From the NCBI GenBank assembly GCA_902775285.1, contig CACYLI010000002.1, positions 8,413 to 72,412 on the forward strand: a stretch of 64,000 nt of DNA, given 5' to 3'. This document shows, piece after piece, positions 11,101 to 23,100 of this stretch; position 1 is the stretch's first letter, and every line of letters begins with the position of its first letter. Both the position numbers and the translations under genes were made by a program. The notes beneath the pieces were generated by a model that did no database searches, was not told where the DNA came from, and saw nothing but the letters and a program-made list of their open reading frames with translations. The stretch comes from an uncultured Erysipelotrichaceae bacterium (GTDB taxonomy: Bacteria; Bacillota_I; Bacilli_A; RF39; UBA660).

Positions 11101-14100
11101 TTAATCTTTGTACTACAATTGATTCTGGTTTAAATCCTGCAGCAATTAACATTTCACTATATATTTGAGCCCATGTAGCGCAAATGCATCCAGTCTTTTC
11201 AACTTCATCAATAGTTAGTTTTCTATTATATTCACTTTCATAATAAGCTGAACCTTCTTTACTTAGTGAATATCTATAAAGAGCACTATAATCTAACTTT
11301 TTACCTAATTCTAAGTATATTAATCTAGCCTTTTCAAACTCACTCATTTCTGGTTTAATTTTAGCTAAAACTGATTCTTTTAATGTAGATTTATTAACTT
11401 CAGAATATTCTCTAATCATAGAGCCTTCATCAATTACTTCACTTGAATTCAATATTATACTTTCATCGTTAATTTTATTTTCAATATTTTCTTCATTTAG
11501 CTCAAATGTTCTTTCAAGAGTAGCTTCTTCATCAAATAAACTATCTATTCCTTTTTGAATTATATTGTTTAATTTAGTTTTTCCATCTTCTGTTAATTTG
11601 CTTGCAATTCTTTCAATTTCATTAGAACTCTTACTCATTAAATATTCATATAAATCATTTTTTCCAATATCATTAAAGAATATGTCAGTAAGTAAACTAC
11701 TGTTTTCTGATTTATTTATTAAAGCATCTATATGTAATGATGTAGCTTTATAATAAATTACAGTATCTGTTAATTGATCAAAACTTAATTTATTTAAGAA
11801 TTGAGAATATTCTGTATTTGAATCATAATACTCATTAGCATAACTTAATAATTGGTCTACATTATCGTCAAAGTATTTAATAACACTTTCTGGACTCATA
11901 TGAGCATTTCTGACATATCCAATTTTTTCTCTTTCTCCTAAGATATCACTTTCTACTAATAATCTCATTTGAGATGTAGTTAAATTTTGCCTAAAATTAT
12001 TAAAATCTTCACTACTAAATGCATCATATAATTCAATCATTGCATATGCAAGTTCATTTCCAGTTGTAGCACTATTTACAACATCTAGTTTTAATTCATT
12101 ATTAATATCATCATTTCTTATTAATAATAGTTTTTGTTCTGTCGTTAAATTAGATAGTGTTTGTAAAAATTCTTCTTTACTTATTTGATTTCTTATTATT
12201 TCTAAAATAGTATTTACACTTCTTGCACTTCTTACTCTACTTAATACCTCATTAGCTCCCATTTCATCAATAAGACCACTAATAGTTTCATGTGATAAGT
12301 AATTCTTTAAAATATAATCTAAATCTATACTATCATCTGTTCTTATTTCAGTAGCAAGAGTTACTATATCCATATTAGCTAATTCTTGATATCTTACACT
12401 ATTTTCAGCTATAGTTCTAAGTAAAGGTGTATTTAAATTTGTTGTAGTAAATCTACAATTATATTGTGTTAAATCACTAAATTTAATTTCGTGTTTCATT
12501 CCCCAAGAAACAACTATTACACCATCTTCAGTTAAACCTACAATTGTTGTAACATGGCCAGCGCCTTCTTTCCAATTTAGTATTTCAGTATTTCTTTCTC
12601 CATCTAAATTATGGAAAATAAGATTCTTTTGTGATTGATCAACCACTCTAATAGTTTTTCCATTTTTATCTTTTGTATTAATTGTCTTAATTCTTTCTGT
12701 TAAAGATAAATGTTCTCCATTTAAGATTCTTCTTCTTAAATCCTGTTTTAATCTATCTATATCTAATGATCCATCTTTATCAAAATAATTTAAATTTGCA
12801 TTATTTTCTATTTCAATTCCATAATCATTTAAATACTTAATAGCTGCAGAAGTTAGTATTCCACCTCTACTTGCATAGACTTGTTCTTTATCAGTACAAT
12901 ATTCAATATTACCAAATCTATCAACTTTTATTTTTCCATTTTCATCAACTCTAGCATTTATGATTCTTTCATTAGTTACGGGATCTATACTGAATATTCT
13001 AGGATGATGTGCTCCATCATAAACACTTAAATCAGTAGAATTCATTCTTATATACATATCCATAAGTAGCATTCTATAATTAAGTGTTTTCTTACCATTC
13101 TCAAATTCATACATATCAAATCCAAATGTTTTCTTAAATGCAGAAACATTATTTTTAAATGTACTAAATATTACATTTGTTAAATCAGCATAACTACAAG
13201 CACCTGCTTCATTATCTATAACATTTAATAAAGTGTTAATAGTTTCTTGTTCACTTAAATTATATTTATTTTTAAAATGTTCTACTAATCTAGTGTAACT
13301 TCCAATATCAATTCCACTATCTACTCCATCTTCAGTTACAAAATTTCTAGTTCTATTAACTTCTCTAACTCTTTGATTTGTTCCAAATTGTTTTCTTGTA
13401 TTGCTATCTCTTAAATGTTCATAGAAATTTGTATCTTCATTAACATAAGTATCAACTATACTTAATACTTCTGATTTTTCATCCATATTAATAGTAAATT
13501 TACCATCTTTAACTTCAATTTTCCCTAAGAATCTATCACTTGCAAGAATAGAATCTAATCTACTTTCAGATAAGAATTCATCAGCGACTTCATTATATAA
13601 GAAGTCTCTTGAATTAGCAGTAATTGAAGCTATATTAGTTGTTGAATAATACATACTTCCATTTATATTATAAACATATATAGGTTTTCCATTATTATTG
13701 ATAATATTACTTAAACCAATTTTACATTTACTTCCATCTGCTCTATTAACTGTATAGTAAACACCTATTAGATTTCTAGGATTACTAACATGTTCAATAT
13801 AAGAATCATATTTTGAATTAATAATATATATTGCTTTTTGTAAATTAGTTAAATAATCAATAAATTCACTATTACCAATACTTTCTAACTCGACTAATTG
13901 CTGATATGTTAATCTAGAATATATTACATTTCCATAGAATTCTTTTATCTTTAATATGTTATTTGCATTTAATAAAGGTATTAAATTCTTTCTACCATAT
14001 TCAGTCAATCCAGTTCTAAAGAACAATTCATATTCTTTAACTTGTTCTACTGTTAAATCATTAAACAATTTATTAACATCTATATTAGATTTTTTATCTA

Positions 14101-17100
14101 TAATTCTAACAATTAAATCCTCAATATTTTCTTTAGATAATAAATTATTTGAAATAACTTCATCTAACATTTTTTCATTTAAATGATCAATAATATTTTC
14201 AGTATTTTTAAATCCACTAGAAAGAATATTTCTAACTACTTCTATATCACTTATTTTATTTACAAAATCAGCATATGTCTGCATATCATTTACAGAATAA
14301 ATTATTCTTTGTAGTGATTCTTTTGGCATACTACTAATTATTCTATTAACATTCAAATCTCTACTTATAACTTCATCAATAAATGATGTTTTAGAGAATA
14401 AATCTATAAATACTGGATTTTCTATTATTTCATAAATAGCTTCATCACTAAGAGTAGATGTATCTATTGACTCACTTTGATAGTATTCTAATACTCTATT
14501 CTTAACGCTTTCATTACTTAATTTATGAATATTTGTTAATAGTGTTATTCCACATCTATCTAATACTTCATCAGTTAATTCAATATTTTCAAGCATTCTA
14601 TTAACTACTAGTGAAATATCTGGTTTTAATACAGGTACTTCATCTTGAGAAGACTGTTCATCATGTATAACTTCATCGTTAAACTTAATATCACTTGCTG
14701 CACGATCATCCATAGTAGAACGATCACTTCTACCATCTATTACAGGAGCATTTGTATTTCCTGGTGCATTATTGTTTTCTGGTGTATTATCAACTACACC
14801 AAGCATTTGTCTTAAATTATTTGGAATTAATCCCATTAAAACAGTGTCACCACTTATAGCTCTTAATACTTGTGATGTTTGTGTATCACTTCCATTATTT
14901 ATTCCAATTATTTTACCATTTGTTAGTTTTTCTATTTCAGTATTATTTTTATCTATAGTTTCTTGAAGATTAGAAACTTGTTTTTCTAATTTTTCTATTT
15001 CAGTATCATTGCTTTGTATTTCTTTTTCAATATTACTTAATATAGTAAAATCATTTTCTTTCTTAAGTCTTTCTCTTAATTCAACATTCTTTTGTTCAAT
15101 ACTTTCTAACTGTGTTCTATAATCTTCTAGTATCGTATTTATTCTTGAATTATCTTCACTTAATAGTGTTGCAATTGTATCTCTTGAATCTAAAGTTGTT
15201 TCAAGTCTCTTACCAAGAACTTCAATTTCTCTATCTAATTTTTCTTTTAATACTTCTAAACTTTCAATATCTTTATTTAATTTATCAAACTCAGTATTAT
15301 TTTTTTCTTCTGGATTAATATCTTGTATTATTTGATTATTTTCATCTAGTTTTTCATTAACCTTTTGTAAAGTTAGTAAACGTTCTGCTAATAGTTTTTC
15401 ATTATATAAAAGTGTATCATTTATTTCTTGTTCAGTTGTAGATTTTAAAAGAATATCATCATTAATACTAGTTATGTTTTCAAATAACTCTAATTGATGT
15501 TTTAATTTTGATATAGTATCTGTATTTTCCCTTGTTGCTAGAGAACTATCGTTTTCAATACTACTTTCAAGATTTAAAAGCGTATCTCTAATTGAAAGAT
15601 AATTATCATAAACATAATCATTAGATTTATTTAATTCGCTTAATAATTCTGATATTTCAGCATGAAGATTTATTAATTTAGATTCAGCTGCAATGTTTAA
15701 AATACCTTCTTTATTATTATTAAGCAATTCTGATACTTGATCATTAGTTAGTCCTAAATCTCTTTGTAATTTTATATACTGTTCTCTTTTTTCTTTTAAA
15801 GAATCAAGTGTTTCTTGTCTTTCAGTTAAAATATTAGCAATTCTATCATCAGTAAGTGCTGCAATACTATCATGTCCATAATTTAAAGATTCATTTCTTG
15901 CATTAATAATTGCTTGCTCTAAATTTAAAGCTGCATATGCTTCTTCTAAAGCATAATCACTATATTTTATTTTTTCACTATTGATTTCTCCATTGGCAAC
16001 TAATTGATCATATTTGGCTTTTAGTTCTGGATTAACTTCTGCTACAGCAATTTTTTCTTTTAAATTATTTCTAATTTGATTCATGAAGCGTAAATCACTT
16101 CTTAATTCTTGAGATGTAAATAATTTTATAATATTAGATCCACGATATTTATTATTTAAATATTTTAATGCAGACGGACTATCCAAAACTGCATATGATG
16201 CTAAGTCTATTCCAACATTTACAATATTTAAACCTTGACTAGCAACTCCACCTGCTACAGACATTACTCCACTAGTTATTGCACCATAAAGTCCAGCTTT
16301 TAATACTGCATTTGGATCAACTACAACACTTTCTCCGGTAAATACACTAGATAAAAATGCATCATAAACTTCTTGAACACTTTCTTCAAAACCTTCACTA
16401 AGCATTTTTGTAAATACTCCAGCAAGTCCTTTGGCACCTTCAAAGCTTTCATTTAGCATACTTAATCCTGGTAATTTACCTAATACAGCTTCCATAGTTG
16501 TTTCAGACAAACCAGATAATAAACCATATATTGTTGCGGTTGCTTCATCCATTCCTTCAATCATAGCTTGTTGTTTTGTTCCACCAGCTGCACTTAATCC
16601 CATTGTTGCAAAAGATGCAAGAAATTGGAATGATTTTAGTGCTGTCTCAGGAAGTCCTAAACCACCTGTAGCTACAGATATTCCTAATGTTGCCACAATT
16701 GAAGGTAACATATTACCTATACTGCTACCAATTTCATATTCATTTATTAAATAAGATGCAAAATCATCATCAAGAGTTACATCATTTAGGAATTTTTCTA
16801 TTTTATAATCTTTAGCAGTTTTCCTACCATCAGCAGCAAATATATTAATAAAATTATCTGCCCAACCATTAACTCCATCATATAATGAGTAACCAGCCAT
16901 ATAAGCAAATTTTCCAGCATCACTCCAAAAACCAGAGGTATTTTCAAAAGCTTCCTTCATTTTAGCATATCGTTCTTGCCCTAATTCATAACCTATAATT
17001 TTGGCACCAGTATCATTAAATATACTAAATATTTCTGTTGCTTCATCGATTCCATATTTATTCATAAGATATGAATAACATTGAAGTGCTTGCTCTGTTG

Positions 17101-20100
17101 TATAGTTATAATTATTTTCTTTACTTCCAGCTACTAATGCATTTAGATTATCAGTATATTTCTTTATATTTCCAGATACATCTAATCCAGTTGCATCGAT
17201 TCCATTAGAAATACAATATAATGCTATTTGGTCTTTATTCTTTACTAATTTGCCATCTTTATCATAAAAATACATTTGAAATGTAGAAGTTTCTGGATCA
17301 GGAATTTTTACAAAATGATCAACGCCTATATCTCCTGAAAATAAAGATTTATCTTGTGCATTCAAAATACATTTTATTTGATCAGCTGCAGTTTGTTCAA
17401 TTTTTCGGTTTAAAATTGCATTTTCAAGACCATATTCAATTACAAGACCATACTTATTCTCAAATATTTCTCTTTGAGAATCAGTTAATCCATCCGCTCC
17501 CATTCTTTCTGGTTCAATATATTTATCTTTTAATATTAATTTACTTAATGCTTCTCCTGCAGGATCATGATATTGTGCATTAAATGCATTTCCTATAACA
17601 GATAAAATTTTAAACCAATTAGAATCTGAAGTTGCTTTATTTATCGCAGATAAATTTTCAGATTGTTGTTCTTTTGTTTTTTCTAAAATATAATTATCAA
17701 CATCAAATGAAAGTTGATTGTATTCAGCATTATTAGCAAGTAAATAATTATGAATATCATCAGATGAAATAAATCCATCAAGATTTCCTGAAGACATTTC
17801 ATTTATTCTAATCATATCCAATCTTGAAACATTTCTATTGTATTCAATATCTTTTAATTGTTCTTCCAAAGTTGCTACTTTATCGTCTATTTCTACTGCT
17901 TCAGGATGATTTTCAAAAAATTCAACTGTTTGTTTTCTTGTTGCATATACATTTAAAGTTGTTTCATCTCGTAAAGCTTGAATTTGTTTTGCCTCTTCTA
18001 ATTCCTTGCTAACACTTAAATACTCATTATTTAGTTCAATAGATCTCATATATGAGAATATAAGTTGTTCACTAGAACTTAAAAAGCATGCATTATCTAC
18101 TATTGTTTTAAGGTCTTTTTCTATACTAGCTAATTCACTTTTTTGTTCACTACTTAATTCTTGTTCACTAGCTTCAATTCCTTTTAATGTTTGGTATTTT
18201 TCAATCTTTGATTGTGCTTCTTGCGCTTCTTGTGCTTCTTTATATAAAGCAGAATTTGGATCTAATTCATCAAGATGTAAAATAGCATTTTGAACTTGTA
18301 AAGCATGTGAATTTTTATAATAGTTATCAATATATTCTTGATTTTCTTCAGAAATTACTGGTGTATATATAGTTATATCATCATTATTTGAAGATAAAAC
18401 TTGTGTTTCAAAATTAGTGCCACTAATAATTCTAAGTACAGTTTGCATTTCACGAGAAGAAGCCATATACATATTAGCATTTGAAATATTATAATATGCT
18501 AATTGATCAACAACAGAAAACTTATTTGCATTAGAATAAATTGAATCAATTTTTGATTCTAATTTTTCTAACTCTTTTGTTTCAGAGGTTGATAATGTTG
18601 TTTTATCTTTTAATTCTAAATATCTTTTGTATTGACCTTTTGCACTTATTATTTGTGTTGCTTGACTATATAATTCTTGTTCTTCTTTTGACAAAGTTCC
18701 ATTTGCATATTTTTCTTGCCATTCGCTATAATTATTAATAATTTCTTGAGTTTTGATTTTAGGTAATACTTTTTGAGCATATTCAGAAAAATATAATTTA
18801 CTTTCTTCTTCTGTTAATCCATCTTGTTTTATTTTATTATACTCTTCTAATTTCTTTACATCTTCTTCTGTAGCTTGACCTAATGCAATTCGAGACATAA
18901 TATCACTAATTTCTAAATTATTTTCAGACATAGTATATAGTTTATTTGTTAATAAAACTATTTGTATATCTTTATTACTTACTGCATAACCATATTTTGC
19001 TAAATTATTACCAAATTCAAAATATAATCTCGAATTTTCCATATTTGAAAATGCTATTTGTTCTACTTGGCTAAATGGATTAATATTAGATTCTATTATA
19101 TCCATATGACTATTAATTCTATTATATTCTTTTAATTCTTCAGGAGTTAATTCTCTTTGATTTTTAAAATCTTGAAGTTCTAAAAATCTATTATATTCTT
19201 TTCTAGAATCTATTATAACTTTAGCTCTTAAGAATTCTTTTGTTTCTGCATCTGTTAATTCATTATTATTATACTTTTCTTGCCATTCTTCATAATTATA
19301 AAGAATACTTTGTGTTTTAATAGCTGGTAATATTTTTGTATATTGTTCACTATATACATTATTTTGTTCTTCTGTTAATCTTGGTTTTTCAATTTTATAT
19401 AGTTCTGTTAATCTTCTTTCATAATTTGTTCTATCTCTATCTGATAAATGTGAATTTGCTAGTTTATCACTTATTTCTTTTATTTCTTCTTGAGCATTAT
19501 AATATGATATTGCTTGATTACATATACTATCTGTTAACAATACAACATCTAAATCTTTATTTTCTACTGCATAACCATATCTATTCAAGTTATTTCCAAA
19601 TTCCATAAACATTCTTGCGTTTTCCATATTTGAAAATGCAAGTTGTTCTACTTGACTAAATGGATATGCTTTTGTTGTTGCTGTATCAGTATCTATTTTA
19701 GATTCTAATCTAGATAATTCATTTTTTTCTTCAGTAGTTAATTTTTCTTTATCTTTTAGTTCTAAATATCTTCTTGCATCAACAATTTCAGTTGCTTGTA
19801 AATAGATTTCTTCTTCTGCTTTTGTTAATTTACCATTATTATATTTCTCTTGCCATTCTTCATAATTATAAACAGCAGTTTGAACTTTAACAGCAGGTAA
19901 GATTTCATTTGCATATCTTCCCATATATAAATTTGATTGTTCTTTTGTTAAAACAACTGGTTTTGCATCTTTAAGTCCTTCTAATTCAGTTTCATACTTT
20001 TGTCTTTCACTTGCAGTAAGACTAGTATTATTTTGAAGTTCTCTTTCTAAAAATACTTTTCTATAATAAGCAGTTGATTGAGAATTCATATCATCAACTA

Positions 20101-23100
20101 ATTTAATGATATCTAAATCTTTATTTTCAACTGCATATCCACTACTTAAATAATTTGTTCTTATTTCATCATATACTCTTGCAGTATCACTGTAGCCAAA
20201 AATAGCCAATTCAATATCACTAAATGGATTAGCATTACTTTTTATTGTACTCAATTGAGTTTTTAATGCATTATATTCTTCTTTTTCTTCTGCAGTTAAT
20301 TTTGTTCTTCTTCCATATAATTCATCATATCTTTCTAGTTGTGCCTTTGCATCTAATACTTTCTTTGCCTCTGCTACAAGTTTTGAATCATATTCACCTT
20401 TTAATTCATCAAAATTATTAATTAAATTCCATAATTTTATAGAATCACCATAGTTTTCTTCTAACCATTGTTTATCTTGTTCAGAAACTGCTGCAGTTGT
20501 ATGTAATTCATCTTTTTTTGCTTGATAATGTGCACTATTATCATTTGAACCCATCTCAATTTGACAAAGTTCTTGATTATTTTCAAACATCTGTTTTGCA
20601 ATATTGAATGCTCTTACATCATCTTGTGACTTAAAATATTCACCAATATTACTATAAAAATCCAAATTAAGTCTAGCACTTTCCATATGTTGAAATGCTA
20701 TTTGATCTGCAACAGAAAAATTATAAATCAATTCTCTTGCTTTATTAATTTCTTCTTCTAAATATGGAGGAATTGTTTCAAGATCGGCATATTTTTCTAA
20801 TGTACTTCTTGCTTTTAATATTTCTTGTGCTTGGTGAAAATATTCTAAATCTTTTCCTGATAATTCTCCTTTTCTATCTTTTATAGCCCACTCGCTAATA
20901 TTATTAACCATACTTTGTACTTTTATTTTTGGTAATACTTCATTAGCATATTTTGAAAAATATAATGCACTTTCTTCTTCAGTTAAACCAAATACTGTTC
21001 CATTTGTTGGATCATTATTTCTATAAATTGTTAGTACTCCATCTACTTCTTTTGTTAGTACTCCATAGTCTTTACCAATTTGTTCTAATCTTTTTTTATC
21101 TTCTTCTGTAGCTAAATTATCATTTATTTTTTTAACGAGAATTGCAGCTTCATTATTAGCTTGAGCCATATTATCAAGTTTTTGTGTTAATAATATTATT
21201 TGTAATTCATTATCTTCAACAGTAAATCCATGTTCTCTTAAGTTTTCTGCATACTCCATAAATACTCTTGTTGCATTTTGATAATAATATAATGCACTAG
21301 CAACACCAGAATATTGACCAGTTATTTTTTCAAGTTCTTTCTTTTCTTTTTCTTGTTTTTCAGTCAAATGTTCTAAGCCATTAAGTTCTGCTAATCTTGC
21401 TTGAGAGTTTTTAAATTCAGTTGCTTTATCAACCACTGATTTAGTTTTTTCATCTAAATCTGAATAGTTTGCAAGTAATTTATCATAATCATCCAAAATA
21501 GCTAACACTTCAATAGAGCTAGCATTTTCATTCATTACTTCATTATAATATTTTTCATATAAAGCTCTTTCTTCATTAGTGCTTCCAAGAACTCTTATTG
21601 CATCGAAATGATCATCATATTTTTTCATTTCACTTTCTATTTCTAGTTTTGCAGAAAGATATTCTTTTTTTGTTATTTTTCTTTCAGCAAGTAATCTATC
21701 TAATTCTTTTATTTCTTCTTCTAGTGATAATAGTTTTTGAGAGTTTTCATATTCTTTAGCTAGATTTTCAATAACGGCACTTTGCGCATGATAATCTTTC
21801 AATCTAATATTATTTTCTTCAAGGTTTTTATAATATGATGATTGGCTTTCTAAAAATTTCTTTCTATATTCTTTGTATTTTTTACTATCTTTATTATATG
21901 CTTGTTTATTCTTTTCTTTATAACTTGCTAATCCTTTTTTATATTTACTACTTTTTCTATCACTCTTTGAAGGATATTCATTTCCATGTTCTTCAGCCCA
22001 CTTTGCAGCATATTCCTGTTCTAGCATAGCGTCTATAATATTTTTATAATTAGAATCAAATGTTTTTCTATTTGTTTTATCTAATTCTTTATAAAAATCA
22101 TCTTTTCTTTTTTGAGCACTTGTATTAAATGTATCCATCCAATTAGCTATTACAGCTTCACTTTGTCCAAGCATAGCTCCATATCCTGCTGCATATTCAC
22201 TAGCTGTTAAATCAAATGCATAGTTCATTAAAGTTTTTTCTGAATCTGAAAAAATTTCTTTTCCATCTTTATCTTTATTTGAATCATCCATTTTTTCTTT
22301 TAGATTAACTAATTGTTTATGTAAATTAGCTAGAAAACTATTATATCCACTTCCGCTTCCTTTTACACCAATTTTACTTATACTACTACACATACTGCTA
22401 AATGATGATGCATATTTTGTTCCTGAGATTGAAAAATTATATGTAGCACCATGTTGTGAAGTTTTATTTTCACCTGTTTGAAATTTTTCAAACACTTTAT
22501 TTAAATCAGAAGCTTTATTTTGAAGATAATTCCATCCAGTTTTTCCTTTATTTTTAGCATTATCTTGGCCAGTTATACTTGGTCCTCCAAGAATAGCAAT
22601 AGCGCTTCCTAAAGCAGCATAATCTATACTTATTACCCCTCCTGCATAACCTCCTCCTGCATTTTCATCTTCTAAGTCATTTTTTTCTTCATCTTCAGAA
22701 TTCTCTTCAATAACTTTTAATACATCAATCAATTCTGGATGAGCAACTACTAATTCTTCTAAACTATTGTAAATATTACCTTCTTTATCTTTATATGTTC
22801 TATTTCCATCTTTTTCTATTATTTCAATATCTTCCAAATTAAGAACATTTTCTGATAGTTTAAAGTCTATTTTTATACCATATTCTTCTAAATTTTCATT
22901 AATTATTCTTGTAAATTCTTCTTCGATTTTACTTCTATCAAGTACGACTAAATCTCCATTATCTTGGTTACTATTATCACCAGATAAAAACTGAGCAATT
23001 AGTTTGTTAAGTTCTTCATCAGTTAAATCTCCCTCAACTTCAATTTCTCCACTATCAATTAATTCTTTTATATAATCTCTAATAGAATCATAAACATTTT

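Noticed and set aside
1694-22029. Many short plus-strand ORFs (60-130 aa) opposite long minus-strand genes, here and elsewhere in the window
   Set aside because: They are antisense shadows with Leu/Ile/Phe/Ser-rich composition, no evident RBS, and lie fully inside real genes.
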